A program made the translations under genes and the position numbers. A stretch of DNA of 64,000 nt, from positions 33,824 to 97,823 of the forward strand of contig JAULAX010000011.1 of assembly GCA_032654565.1 (NCBI GenBank), written 5' to 3'. The stretch is from Anaeromyxobacteraceae bacterium (GTDB taxonomy: Bacteria; Myxococcota; Myxococcia; Myxococcales; Anaeromyxobacteraceae). The notes beneath the pieces were generated by a model. It ran no database searches, was not told the origin of the DNA, and saw only the letters and a list, made by a program, of their open reading frames with translations. Every line of letters starts with the position of its first letter. Position 1 is the first letter of the stretch. Positions 32,689 to 42,594 of the stretch are shown here, one piece after another.

Positions 32689-33888
32689 CTACAGCGAGCA
32701 GAACGGGCCGGTCACCTTGTAGATGGTGTTGAGCGTCTCGTCCGACACCCAGAGCGTGGCGGCGTCGCCGGTCCCCTCGAAGGCCAGCCCGACCGGGTTG
32801 CCCAGCCCCTGGAGCAGCGAGCGCAGCGCCGTGCCGCCGGCGCAGCCGGTGGTGGTGCAGTCGTTGAGGACGGCGATGGTCCCGGTGGTGCGGGCCGCGG
32901 CCACCAGCTTCGGCGTCGGGCAGGGGGTGAGCACCAGGTCGCGGACCCCGGCGAGGATCGAGTCGGTGGCGATGGCCACGGTGGCGCCGGCCGTGAAGCG
33001 GACCACGGTGGCGTCGGCGTTGTTGGGCTGCCCCACGAAGACCACCTGGACGCCGCTGGCCGAGGTGGCCGCCACGCCCCAGGGGCGGGCGCCGTTGCCG
33101 AGGGCCAGGTTGAGGCCGGCGAGGGCCACCGGGGTGGTGGGCAGGCCGGTCAGCACCTGCCGGTTGGTCCCCTCGGCGGCCAGCAGCGAGGTCCCGTCCC
33201 AGGCCAGGCCGTTGAGCGTCCAGTCGTTCTCCGCCGCCAGCGTCTGCACGCCGTCGGCGGCGATGGCCACCAGCCGCCGGCCGGCCGAGGCCAGCAGCCG
33301 GCTGTTGGCGGCGTCCCAGGCCAGGTCCTGCGGGGAGGTGAGCGCGAAGTAGGTCCCTGGAGAGTAGAGCCGCGAGGTGGTCCCCTGGTGGAAGCTGACC
33401 GAGGGGAGCACGCCGCCGCCGCCGCCGTTGGCGACGTAGAGGCCGCCGGCCGGGTTGACGGCCAGGCCGCGGGGCGCCCGCAGGCGATCGACGTCGCCGG
33501 CGTAGGCGGCCCGGACGGTGAAGCCGGTCACCGCCACCACCGCGCCCACCGAGGGGTCGGCCGTGATCGAGACCCGATCCGGCGGGCTCGACTTGGTGCC
33601 GTTGGAGACCACCAGCTGCAGGTCGTAGGTGCCGGCCAGGTCGGGGAGGAAGCTCGGCGAGGCCAGGGTGGCGTCGCGGAAGGCGGCGGCGCTCCCCGGC
33701 GGCGTGGCCACGAAGCTCCAGGTGTAGTGGAGCGGGAGGCCGTCGGGGTCGCTGCTGGCGGTGCCGTCGAGCGCCACCCAGGCGCCGGTGACCACGCGCC
33801 GGGGGCTGCCGGCGTCGGCGGTGGGGGCCTTCACCTCGCCGGCGCAGGCGAGGACGAGGAGCAGGGGGAGCAGTGCGGAGTGGCGCAT
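32689..33888 (-). CDS. Lipoprotein with PKD/Ig-like domain and beta-propeller-like region
   Basis: Lipobox VLAC; ADAG...LDGTASSDPDG.PLHYTWSF; NHL-like repeats. Confidence 0.75.
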   Translation of the reverse strand: MRHSALLPLLLVLACAGEVKAPTADAGSPRRVVTGAWVALDGTASSDPDGLPLHYTWSFVATPPGSAAAFRDATLASPSFLPDLAGTYDLQLVVSNGTKSSPPDRVSITADPSVGAVVAVTGFTVRAAYAGDVDRLRAPRGLAVNPAGGLYVANGGGGGVLPSVSFHQGTTSRLYSPGTYFALTSPQDLAWDAANSRLLASAGRRLVAIAADGVQTLAAENDWTLNGLAWDGTSLLAAEGTNRQVLTGLPTTPVALAGLNLALGNGARPWGVAATSASGVQVVFVGQPNNADATVVRFTAGATVAIATDSILAGVRDLVLTPCPTPKLVAAARTTGTIAVLNDCTTTGCAGGTALRSLLQGLGNPVGLAFEGTGDAATLWVSDETLNTIYKVTGPFCSL

Positions 33889-33913
33889 GGCGGTTCCTTT
33901 CCTTGCTGGAGGG

Positions 33914-34666
33914 CTAGAGGCCGAAGGCGGCCTGGAAGGTGACGGTGTCGGACTGGCGGGAGCCCCGGTCGAAGGCGATCAGCTCGCCGCGCCAGGCCAG
34001 CTGCAGCTCCAGGGCCTGCGCCGGCGAGAACGTGACCCCGGCCTGCGCGCGGAGCAGCGACCGGGCGCTGCCGGAGATCGAGTCCAGCCCGGGGTCGGAG
34101 GCGCCGAGCAGGGCGGCGCCGGTCACCTCGGCGAAGAGCCGGGTGGTCTCGCCGAAGCGGCGCGCGCAGCGCAGCCCACCGCCGAGCGGGAAGAGCGTCT
34201 CCTTGACCACCGGGTCGTCGAAGGCCTGCAGGCCGGCGGAGACCAGCAGCTCGATCGACCAGCGGCTCGGCCGGGCCAGGGAGAGCAGGTCGAAGCCGTA
34301 GCCCAGCTCGGCGGTCCAGCGCTGCTCGGCGGCGGTGGTGCGCTCGGCGCGGCCGGTCGGGTCGAGCCGCCCGGCGACCCAGGTGCGGCGGTAGCGGTCG
34401 AGCCCGAGCTCGAGCTGGAAGGTGTGGGCCGGCGCGAGGCGCCAGGCCAGCGCCAGGCCGGCGGTGGTGCCCGGCGCGGCGTCCTGCGCCAGGGTGTCGG
34501 TCCAGCGCCCCTGTCCCGCCGAGAAGGCGGCCCAGAAGGCGTGCTCCTCGCGGAGGGTGGCGGCGCCGGGGGGCGGCGGCAGCGGCACGTCGCCGGTGTA
34601 CTGGGAGGGGGCGCCGGAGGCCAGGGCGGCCAGGGCGGCGAGGATGGCGAGGGGGGCGGTCACCAT
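33914..34666 (-). CDS. Hypothetical outer-membrane beta-barrel protein
   Basis: Signal peptide, alternating amphipathic strands, C-terminal aromatic residue. Confidence 0.55.
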   Translation of the reverse strand: MVTAPLAILAALAALASGAPSQYTGDVPLPPPPGAATLREEHAFWAAFSAGQGRWTDTLAQDAAPGTTAGLALAWRLAPAHTFQLELGLDRYRRTWVAGRLDPTGRAERTTAAEQRWTAELGYGFDLLSLARPSRWSIELLVSAGLQAFDDPVVKETLFPLGGGLRCARRFGETTRLFAEVTGAALLGASDPGLDSISGSARSLLRAQAGVTFSPAQALELQLAWRGELIAFDRGSRQSDTVTFQAAFGL

Positions 34667-34849
34667 GGTCTTCCTTTCCAGCGCAGGCAGGGCGGCGAAG
34701 GTGGCAGCCGCCCCGTATCGGGAATGACCCTAGCCCACCCGCGGTCGGCCACCAGATTCTGGCGGCTGGATCTGCGGCCACACGACCTCCTTGGCGCGGG
34801 GCGTCAGGCGAACTAAGGTTCGGGCGCTCCCAACCCCAGCGAGGTCCCC

Positions 34850-36031
34850 ATGCCCGGTCGTGAAGTGGTCATCGTCGGCGCCGCTCGCACCCCCATCGGC
34901 AGCTTCCTCGGCTCCCTCTCCGCGCTCTCCGCGCCCCGCCTCGGCGCCATCGCCATCAAGGCGGCGCTGGAGCGGTCCGGGGTGGCCCCCGGCGAGGTGA
35001 GCGAGGTGATCATGGGGAACGTGCTGCAGGCCGGCGTCGGCCAGGCCCCGGCCCGCCAGGCCACCATCTTCGCCGGCCTCCCGGAGAGCACGCCGGCCTG
35101 GACCCTCAACAAGGTCTGCGGCTCCGGCCTCAAGGCGGTCATCTCCGCCGCCCAGGCCATCGCGCTCGGCGACGCCGAGGTGGTGGTGGCCGGGGGGATG
35201 GAGTCGATGTCCAACGCCCCCTACTACGACCGGTCGGCCCGCACCGGGGTGCGCATGGGGAACGTCGAGCTCATCGACGGCCTGATCCACGACGGGCTCT
35301 GGGACGTCTACGGCCAGACGCACATGGGGATCTGCGCCGAGGCCTGCGCCGTCTCGCAGAAGATCAGCCGCGACGAGCAGGACGCCTACGCGCTCGAGTC
35401 GACCACCCGGGCCATCGCCGCCGCCAAGGCCGGCGCCTTCAAGAGCGAGATCGCGCCGGTGGAGATCGAGGGGAAGAAGGGCGAGAAGACCGTGGTCTCC
35501 GAGGACGACGGGCCGCGGGGCGCCCGGCCCGACAAGATCGGGACCCTGCGCCCGGTCTTCAAGAAGGACGGCACCGTGACCGCCGCCAACGCCTCCTCGA
35601 TCAACGACGGCGCCGCGGCGCTGGTGCTGATGAGCGCCGAGCGGGCCGCCCGGGAGGGGCGCACCGTGCTGGGGCGGATCACCGGCTGGGGCGGCGCCGC
35701 CCGCGCCCCGGTGGAGTTCACCATCGCGCCCACCGACGCCATCCGGGCCGTGCTCGCCAAGGCGAAGCTCGGGGTCAAGGACGTCGACCTCTGGGAGATC
35801 AACGAGGCCTTCGCGGTGGTCTCGGTGGCCAACAACCGGCTGCTCGGGCTCGACCCCGCCACCGTCAACGTCCGCGGCGGCGCGGTGGTGCTGGGCCACC
35901 CCATCGGCGCCTCCGGCGCCCGCATCCTCGTCACCCTGCTCCAGGCCATGAAGGACCTCGGCAAGAAGCGCGGCGTGGCCTCCCTCTGCATCGGCGGCGG
36001 CGAGGCCGTGGCCCTCATCGTGGAGCGGTGA
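34850..36031 (+). CDS. Acetyl-CoA C-acetyltransferase (thiolase)
   Basis: [26 protein letters not shown]. Confidence 0.96.
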   Translation: MPGREVVIVGAARTPIGSFLGSLSALSAPRLGAIAIKAALERSGVAPGEVSEVIMGNVLQAGVGQAPARQATIFAGLPESTPAWTLNKVCGSGLKAVISAAQAIALGDAEVVVAGGMESMSNAPYYDRSARTGVRMGNVELIDGLIHDGLWDVYGQTHMGICAEACAVSQKISRDEQDAYALESTTRAIAAAKAGAFKSEIAPVEIEGKKGEKTVVSEDDGPRGARPDKIGTLRPVFKKDGTVTAANASSINDGAAALVLMSAERAAREGRTVLGRITGWGGAARAPVEFTIAPTDAIRAVLAKAKLGVKDVDLWEINEAFAVVSVANNRLLGLDPATVNVRGGAVVLGHPIGASGARILVTLLQAMKDLGKKRGVASLCIGGGEAVALIVER

Positions 36032-36035
36032 GCCG

Positions 36036-36746
36036 ATGAACAAGCTCGTCGAGTCGGCCGACGCCGCGGTGGCGGACATCGGCGACGGCGCCACCCTGAT
36101 GGTGGGCGGCTTCGGCCTGTGCGGCAACCCGGAGAACCTGATCGCGGCGCTGCACCGCAAGCAGGTGAAGGGGCTGACCCTGATCTCCAACAACTGCGGC
36201 ACCACCGACCTCGGCCTCGGGCCGCTGCTCCAGGCCCGGCAGATCAAGAGGATCCTGGCCAGCTACGTCGGCGAGAACAAGGAGTTCGAGCGGCAGTTCC
36301 TCTCCGGCGAGCTGGAGGTGGAGCTGGTGCCGCAGGGGACGCTGGCCGAGCGGATCCGGGCCGGCGGGGCCGGCATCGGCGGCTTCTACACCCGCACCGG
36401 GGTCGGCACCCAGGTGGCCGACGGCAAGGAGTCGCGCACCATCGGCGGCCACGAGTACATCCTGGAGCAGCCGCTCTTCGCCGACTTCGCGCTGGTCCAC
36501 GCCCACACCGCCGACACCCACGGCAACCTGCAGTTCCGCAAGACGGCGCGCAACTTCAACCCGGTCATGGCCACCGCCGCCCGGGTCACCATCGCCGAGG
36601 CCGAGCGGATCGTCGCCCCCGGCCAGCTCGACCCCGACCAGGTCCACACCCCGGGCATCTACGTGAAGCGGCTGGTGCAGGGCGCCGGCTACCAGAAGTG
36701 GATCGAGCGCCGCACCGTCCGGCCCGCGGCCGGGGAGGGGAAGTAA
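36036..36746 (+). CDS. scoA: 3-oxoacid CoA-transferase subunit A
   Basis: [35 protein letters not shown]. Confidence 0.9.
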   Translation: MNKLVESADAAVADIGDGATLMVGGFGLCGNPENLIAALHRKQVKGLTLISNNCGTTDLGLGPLLQARQIKRILASYVGENKEFERQFLSGELEVELVPQGTLAERIRAGGAGIGGFYTRTGVGTQVADGKESRTIGGHEYILEQPLFADFALVHAHTADTHGNLQFRKTARNFNPVMATAARVTIAEAERIVAPGQLDPDQVHTPGIYVKRLVQGAGYQKWIERRTVRPAAGEGK

Positions 36747-36748
36747 CC

Positions 36749-37405
36749 ATGCCGCTCACCCGCGAGCAGATCGCCGCCCGCGTCGCCCGCGAGCTGCGCG
36801 ACGGCTTCTACGTCAACCTCGGCATCGGCATGCCCACGCTGGTGGCCAACTACGTCCCCGCGGGGGTCGAGGTGGTGCTGCAGTCGGAGAACGGCATCCT
36901 CGGCGTCGGCCCGTACCCGGTGGCCGGGACCGAGGACCCCGACCTCATCAACGCCGGCAAGGAGACGGTCACCGTCAACGCCGGCTCGGCCTTCTTCTCC
37001 TCGGCCGACTCCTTCGCCATGATCCGCGGCGGGCACATCGACCTCGCCATCCTCGGCGCCCTGGAGGTGAGCGCCCAGGGGGACCTCGCCAACTGGCTGG
37101 TGCCCGGCAAGATGGTGAAGGGGATGGGCGGGGGGATGGATCTGGTGGCCGGCGCCCGGCGCACCGTGGTGATGATGGACCACGCCACCAAGGACGGGAA
37201 GCCCAAGATCCTCGAGGCCTGCACCCTGCCGCTCACCGGCAAGCGCTGCGTCGCCGCCATCTGCTCCGACCGGGCCTGGCTCGACGTCACCCCCACCGGC
37301 CTGCTGCTGCGGGAGCTGGCGCCGGGCGAGACCGTCGAGTCGGTGCAGGCGCTGACCGGACCCCGGCTGGCGGTGGCCGCCGACCTCACCACCATGTCGG
37401 TCTAG
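36749..37405 (+). CDS. scoB: 3-oxoacid CoA-transferase subunit B
   Basis: 3' part of ORF 36119..37405; [12 protein letters not shown] catalytic Glu, [14 protein letters not shown]. Confidence 0.9.
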   Translation: MPLTREQIAARVARELRDGFYVNLGIGMPTLVANYVPAGVEVVLQSENGILGVGPYPVAGTEDPDLINAGKETVTVNAGSAFFSSADSFAMIRGGHIDLAILGALEVSAQGDLANWLVPGKMVKGMGGGMDLVAGARRTVVMMDHATKDGKPKILEACTLPLTGKRCVAAICSDRAWLDVTPTGLLLRELAPGETVESVQALTGPRLAVAADLTTMSV

Positions 37406-37412
37406 GGGCCGC

Positions 37413-38225
37413 GTGCCCGGCCCGCTCGTCACCCTGACCACCGACTACGGCGCCGGCTCCGGCTACCCGGCCCAGCTCAAGGGCGTGCTGATCTCGGCCG
37501 TCCCCGACCTGCGCATCGTCGACATCTCCCACGGGGTGCCGGCCTACGACCTGATGGCCGGCGCCCTGCTGCTGGAGGCCTGCGTCCCCGCCTTCCCGCC
37601 CGACACCGTCCACCTGGCGGTGGTCGACCCGGGGGTGGGGACCGACCGCCGCGCCATCTGCGTGGTCGACCCGTCCGGCATCCGGCTGGTGGCCCCCGAC
37701 AACGGGCTGCTCACCCCCTTCCTCGGCGAGGGCTCGCGGGTCTACCACCTGGCCGAGCCGTCGCTGGTGCCGCTCCCGCGCTGCGCCACCTTCCACGGCC
37801 GGGATCTCTTCGCCCCGGTGACCGCGGCGCTGGCGCTGGGGGTCCCGCCGGAGCGGCTCGGTCCGCTGGCCCATGATCCGGTCCGCATCGACTGGCCGCT
37901 GGCCGAGCGCAGCGCCGGGCAGGTCCGCGGCGTGACCCTCTCCGTCGACTCCTTCGGGAACCTGGTCACCTCCATCCGCGAGGCCGACCTGGCCGGGGCC
38001 GAGGTGCGGGTGGCCCTCTGCGACGGCCGGCCGGCCCGCTGGGTCCGCACCTTCGGCGACGGGCAGCCGGGCGAGCTGCTGGCGCTGGTGGGGAGCGGAG
38101 GCCGGATCGAGGTGGCCGTCCGGGAGGGGAGCGCCGCGGCCCACCTGCACCGCTGGCGGGGCGTCGAGGTCCGGCTGCTGCTCGGGGGGGCGGGCGCCCT
38201 TGGCGCTGCCGGGAGCCCCTGCTAG
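37413..38225 (+). CDS. SAM hydroxide adenosyltransferase (DUF62; chlorinase/fluorinase superfamily)
   Basis: LTTDYG, VVDPGVGTDRR, APDNG, TFHGRDLFAP, DSFGN. Confidence 0.9.
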   Translation: MPGPLVTLTTDYGAGSGYPAQLKGVLISAVPDLRIVDISHGVPAYDLMAGALLLEACVPAFPPDTVHLAVVDPGVGTDRRAICVVDPSGIRLVAPDNGLLTPFLGEGSRVYHLAEPSLVPLPRCATFHGRDLFAPVTAALALGVPPERLGPLAHDPVRIDWPLAERSAGQVRGVTLSVDSFGNLVTSIREADLAGAEVRVALCDGRPARWVRTFGDGQPGELLALVGSGGRIEVAVREGSAAAHLHRWRGVEVRLLLGGAGALGAAGSPC

Positions 38226-38238
38226 ACTTTTGCCAGGC

Positions 38239-38598
38239 ATGAAGACCGGGGACGACAACAAGCGCAAGGCGACGCGCCTCCACCACGAGATCCCCGTGGC
38301 CTACCGCTCGGTGGGCAGCTTCCTCACCGACTGGGCCACCAACATCAGCCAGGGCGGCCTCTTCATCAACACCCGCAACCCGCTGCCGGTCGGCACCGCC
38401 GTGCGCATCCTGCTGCAGCTCCCCGGCGAGCCGCGGGCCGCCGCCATCGAGGGCAAGGTGACCCGCATCACCGAGTACGACAACCTGCACAACATGGTGC
38501 CGGGGATGGGCGTGGAGTTCACCGCCCTCGACCCGGAGCGCCGCGCCGAGCTGGAGAGCTTCGTGCAGCGGCTCCGGGGCCAGCTGGAAACGCCCTGA
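38239..38598 (+). CDS. Stand-alone PilZ domain protein (myxobacterial TIGR02266-like)
   Basis: RKATR (RxxxR), NISQGG (D/NxSxxG), PGMGVEF. Confidence 0.88.
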   Translation: MKTGDDNKRKATRLHHEIPVAYRSVGSFLTDWATNISQGGLFINTRNPLPVGTAVRILLQLPGEPRAAAIEGKVTRITEYDNLHNMVPGMGVEFTALDPERRAELESFVQRLRGQLETP

Positions 38599-38605
38599 CG
38601 CCTCC

Positions 38606-39928
38606 GTGAGGCTGCAGGTCGACATCGACGCCCTGGCGCCCGGCGGCGAGGGGGTGGGGCGCGCCGGCCAGCAGGCCGTCTTCGTCCCCTTCACCGTCCC
38701 CGGCGACCGGGTGGTGGTCGAGGCCCGGGGGAGCGGCCAGGTGGTCCACGCCGAGCTGCTGGAGCTGGTCTGGTCCGGCCCGGCCCGCCTGGCCCCGCCC
38801 TGCCCCCACTTCGGCCCTGGCGGCGATCGCTGCGGGGGGTGCCAGTGGCAGCACGCCGCCGAAGCGGCCCAGCTGCAGGCCAAGGCGGCGGCGGTGCGCG
38901 AGGCGCTGCGCAAGATCGGCCGGATCGACCCCGACGCCTGCGGCTGGCGCCCGCCGGTGGCCTCCCCCAGCCCGTACCGCTACCGCTCGCGGGCCCGCTT
39001 CCACCTCGACCGGCGCCAGGGGCGGCTGGTCTTCTTCCAGCGCCGCTCCCACCTGCCGGTGCCGGTGGCCGACTGCCACCTGCTGACCGAGGGGCTGGAG
39101 GGGCTGCGCCGCGCGCTGGGGCCGGCCATCGTGGCGGCGCGGCTCTCGCCCGGGCAGGTGGCGATGGAGTGGTCCGACCACCAGGGGCGGGGCGCCGCGC
39201 ACCTGGCGCTCCTGGCGCCGCCGGGCAAGGAGCAGCGGGCCCGCGCCGAGGCGCTGCTGCGCGCCGTGCCGGGGCTGGCCGGCCTGGTGCTCTCCGCCGA
39301 GGGGGCGCCGGCGACGGTGGTGGGCGCCCCGGTGCTGCAGCACCAGCGGGTGCCGGGGCGATCCTCCGCCGGCCTGGCCAGCTCGCGCCCCGACGTCTTC
39401 CAGCAGGCCAACCGGGGGGCCAACGCCCTGCTGGTCGAGCTGGCGCTGGGGCTGCTCCAGCCCGACGGGGAGCGGGTGCTGGAGCTCCACTGCGGCTCCG
39501 GCAACTTCACCGGGCCGCTGGCGGCGCGGGCCGCCGAGCTGGCGGCCGTGGAGGTGCAGGGGCCGGCGCTGGAGCTGGCCCGGGCCGACCTGGCCGGGAC
39601 CGGGACCCGCTTCTACGCCGGCGACGCCCTCAAGCTGGCGCTGGCGCTGGCCCGCGAGCGGCAGGGCGGGGGCGCCGGCTTCACCCGGGCGCTCCTCGAC
39701 CCGCCGCGCGACGGGGCCAAGGGGATCGGCCCGGCGCTCCGGGAGCTGGGGGTGGCGCGGGCGGTCTACGTCTCCTGCGATCCGGCCACCCTGGCCCGCG
39801 ACCTGCGCGGCTGCCTCGAGGCCGGGTTCCGCATCGAGGCGCTGCAGCCGCTCGACCTCTTCCCGCAGACGCACCACGTCGAGGCCGTGGCGCTCTTGAC
39901 CCGGGCCAGCGGCGCGGCGCTGCGGTAG
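38606..39928 (+). CDS. rlmD: 23S rRNA m5U methyltransferase RlmD/RumA-like (TRAM + Fe-S)
   Basis: CPHF...CGGCQWQH, YRSR, FQQAN, LDPPRDG, YVSCDPATLARD, DLFPQTHHVE. Confidence 0.85.
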   Translation: MRLQVDIDALAPGGEGVGRAGQQAVFVPFTVPGDRVVVEARGSGQVVHAELLELVWSGPARLAPPCPHFGPGGDRCGGCQWQHAAEAAQLQAKAAAVREALRKIGRIDPDACGWRPPVASPSPYRYRSRARFHLDRRQGRLVFFQRRSHLPVPVADCHLLTEGLEGLRRALGPAIVAARLSPGQVAMEWSDHQGRGAAHLALLAPPGKEQRARAEALLRAVPGLAGLVLSAEGAPATVVGAPVLQHQRVPGRSSAGLASSRPDVFQQANRGANALLVELALGLLQPDGERVLELHCGSGNFTGPLAARAAELAAVEVQGPALELARADLAGTGTRFYAGDALKLALALARERQGGGAGFTRALLDPPRDGAKGIGPALRELGVARAVYVSCDPATLARDLRGCLEAGFRIEALQPLDLFPQTHHVEAVALLTRASGAALR

Positions 39929-40021
39929 AGTGGCGGGATCGAGACCCCGCTCGCCAGCGGCCGAACCGGTGCGGGGCCGGGGCGGCCCCCCCGCCTCCCC
40001 GCCAGGGTCACCGCCGGCTTC

Positions 40022-41350
40022 GTGGCGGCGCTGGCCTGCCTGGCGGCCACCGTGGTGGTCACCCTGACCTTCGAGGCGGTGCGCGACGAGCAGGCGCGGC
40101 TGATGATCCGGGCCTCGGCGACGCTGGTGGTCGTCGAGGAGCTGGAGGTGGCGGCCAAGGTCCTCGTCACCACCACCCAGGCCGCCGTCAACGGGCTGGA
40201 GACCCCGGAGCGGCTCGCCGAGGCCACCGGGCGCCGCCACATCGTCCCGGCGCTCGACGCCCTGGAGAAGCTGGTGGCCGAGCAGCCCAGCCTGCTGGAG
40301 CAGCTCCAGCAGCTGCGGCCGCTGCTGGTGGGGATGGTGGAGGCGGCCGAGCGCACCCGGGAGGCCCTGGCCGCGGGGCGGGCCGAGGAGGCCCGGCGGC
40401 TGGCGGCGCCGCTCCAGACCCAGTCGATGGACCTGGCCATGGCGCTGCTCGAGGAGATGGAGGGGGCGGAGAGCGAGATCCTGATGCAGCGCGAGGCCTC
40501 CTGGCGCCGCGCCGCGGTGACCGGCCTGGTGGTCTTCGGCGTCGCCACCCTGGCGCTGCTGCTGCTCATGCTGGCGGCGGCGCGGACGGTCCGGACCGAG
40601 ATGCGCGAGCGGGAGCGGCTGGCCGGCGCCCTCGAGGCCCAGCTCGGGCTGCAGCAGCAGCTCATGGCCATCGTCGGCCACGACCTGCGCAACCCGCTGG
40701 CGGCCATCAAGACCCAGGTGGCGCTGCTGGCGCGCGCCCACGACCTCGCCGATCCCCAGCGCGAGGACCTGGCCCGGATCACCTCCAACGCCCGGCGCAT
40801 GGAGCGGCTCATCCGCGACCTGCTCGACTTCACCCGGCTCCACGCCGGGGTGGAGCTGCCGGTGACGCCGGTGGAGACCGACCTGGTGGCGCTGGTCCGC
40901 CGGGCCACCTCCGACCTGGGGCGCGACGCCGAGGACCGGGTGACCGTGGAGGGGCGCGGCGACGTCGGCGGCGCCTGGGACCCCGACCGGCTGGAGCAGG
41001 TCGCCGCCAACCTGGTCTCCAACGCGCTCAAGCACGGCCCCCCGCGCCGGCCGATCCGGGTGCTGATCGAGGGGCACGGCCAGGAGGTGGCGCTGTCGGT
41101 CACCGACGAGGGGGGGGCGCTGGACGCGGCCGAGCAGTCCACGCTCTTCGAGCCGTTCCGCGGGACCCCGGCCGGCCAGGCCGAGCCGGGGGCGTCGGTC
41201 GGGCTGGGGCTCTACGTGGTGCGGCGCATCGCCGAGGCCCACGGCGGACGGGTGGCGGTCGACTCGGCCGCGGGCCGCGGCACCACCTTCACCGTGCGGC
41301 TCCCGCGCGGACGAGCGCCACGAGCCGGTCCGCCAGCGGCGGGTGGCTGA
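40022..41350 (+). CDS. Membrane sensor histidine kinase (true start uncertain, probably further upstream)
   Basis: Two TM helices, H-box GHDLRNPL, N-box NLVSNALKH, GLGLY, HGG. Confidence 0.88.
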   Translation: MAALACLAATVVVTLTFEAVRDEQARLMIRASATLVVVEELEVAAKVLVTTTQAAVNGLETPERLAEATGRRHIVPALDALEKLVAEQPSLLEQLQQLRPLLVGMVEAAERTREALAAGRAEEARRLAAPLQTQSMDLAMALLEEMEGAESEILMQREASWRRAAVTGLVVFGVATLALLLLMLAAARTVRTEMRERERLAGALEAQLGLQQQLMAIVGHDLRNPLAAIKTQVALLARAHDLADPQREDLARITSNARRMERLIRDLLDFTRLHAGVELPVTPVETDLVALVRRATSDLGRDAEDRVTVEGRGDVGGAWDPDRLEQVAANLVSNALKHGPPRRPIRVLIEGHGQEVALSVTDEGGALDAAEQSTLFEPFRGTPAGQAEPGASVGLGLYVVRRIAEAHGGRVAVDSAAGRGTTFTVRLPRGRAPRAGPPAAGG

Positions 41351-42533
41351 ACCGCCAGGCGGCGTACCAGGGGTGCGGCCAGGGGTTGGCGAGGTTGTCC
41401 TCGGAGAGCCGCTGCAGCGCCGAGGCCAGCGCCCCCACCCGGCCGAAGAGCCGCACCGCGTAGGCGTCGGCGGCCAGCTCCTGGCGGCGTGACCAGGCGG
41501 CGGTGAGCGGCGAGACCCAGAAGGAGAGGGCGCCGCCGGCCAGCGAGACCAGGGCCACGGCGGCGTGGAGCGACGGGGCGCCGAACCCGAGCGACTGGTG
41601 GAGCGCCCCCCAGGGGAGGATGGCGGCGGTCAGGGCCAGCGCCGAGAAGATCCAGGCCAGCGACAGGGCCAGCCGCTGCCCCTGGTGGCGGAGCCGGTGG
41701 TGGCCGAGCTCGTGGGCGACGACCGCCGCCACCTCCTCCAGCGAGAGGCGGGCCAGCAGCGTGTCGTCGAGCAGGACGCGGGGGCGGAAGAGGCCGACCA
41801 GGCAGGCGTTGGCGTGTCCGGTGCGGCGCGAGCCCTCGACCACGAAGACCCCGCCGGTGCGGAAGCCGGCCGCCACGGTCAGGGCCTCCAGCCGCTCCGG
41901 GAGCGGGCCGCCGGCGATGGGGCGGGCCCGGGGCGAGCCGACCAGCGCCGGCCAGAGGCAGGTCACCACCACCTGCAGCGCCACCAGGCCGGCGAAGAGC
42001 CAGAGCCACCAGGCCCCCCCGGCGTGCCGGTGGAGGGCCCAGGTGGCGGAGAGGATCGGCAGGGCCACCAGGGCCGAGCGGACCAGGGCCCCGGCGCGGC
42101 CGCGCAGGCTGGTGGCCAGCCAACCGGGGCCGAGGCCGAAGAGGCCGTCGACGGCCCGGGCGCGCCACAGGGCGAAGGGCAGGTCGACCAGCACCAGCCC
42201 CAGCGAGATCAGGGCCAGGAAGCCGATGAAGAGGTGCGCGCCCTCCAGCCCGGCCGCCGCCAGCCGCCGCTCCAGCCAGGGGAGGGGGCCGCCGAAGAGG
42301 AGCCAGCCGGTCAGGGCGGCGTCGAACAGGCCGCGGACCAGGGCGTGCCGGCCGCTGGCGACGGCGTGGCGGCGGGCCCGCTCGGCGACCCGCCGCGGCA
42401 CCAGCCCCTTGAGCGCCGGCGGCACCCCGCGGGCCCGGGAGGCCTCCCGCAGGTTGAGCGCGACCAGCCCGAGCTCGACCGCCTGGGCGACGACGAAGAT
42501 GCCGAGGAGGACGAGGTGGACCGGGAGAGCCAT
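41289..42533 (-). CDS. M48 family (Ste24-like) zinc metalloprotease
   Basis: ANAC, LLDDTLL, AHELGH (HExxH), ELAADAYA, SHPPLADR. Confidence 0.9.
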   Translation of the reverse strand: MALPVHLVLLGIFVVAQAVELGLVALNLREASRARGVPPALKGLVPRRVAERARRHAVASGRHALVRGLFDAALTGWLLFGGPLPWLERRLAAAGLEGAHLFIGFLALISLGLVLVDLPFALWRARAVDGLFGLGPGWLATSLRGRAGALVRSALVALPILSATWALHRHAGGAWWLWLFAGLVALQVVVTCLWPALVGSPRARPIAGGPLPERLEALTVAAGFRTGGVFVVEGSRRTGHANACLVGLFRPRVLLDDTLLARLSLEEVAAVVAHELGHHRLRHQGQRLALSLAWIFSALALTAAILPWGALHQSLGFGAPSLHAAVALVSLAGGALSFWVSPLTAAWSRRQELAADAYAVRLFGRVGALASALQRLSEDNLANPWPHPWYAAWRFSHPPLADRLVALVRAGAAR

Positions 42534-42594
42534 CAACAGGCGTTGGGGCGGTTTCCTCCCGGGTGTGACATGCGGCGGCGACTTCCGACCGGAC

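Noticed and set aside
37413..38225. Fluorinase/chlorinase implying halometabolite biosynthesis
   Set aside because: It has the Asp/Arg/His-type motifs of DUF62 hydrolases (TFHGRD) and no biosynthetic cluster context
41289..41350. 62-bp convergent overlap of the kinase and M48 protease genes (similar 20-bp overlap at 27508-27527)
   Set aside because: Short 3' overlaps are common in GC-rich genomes where stops are scarce; no further signal
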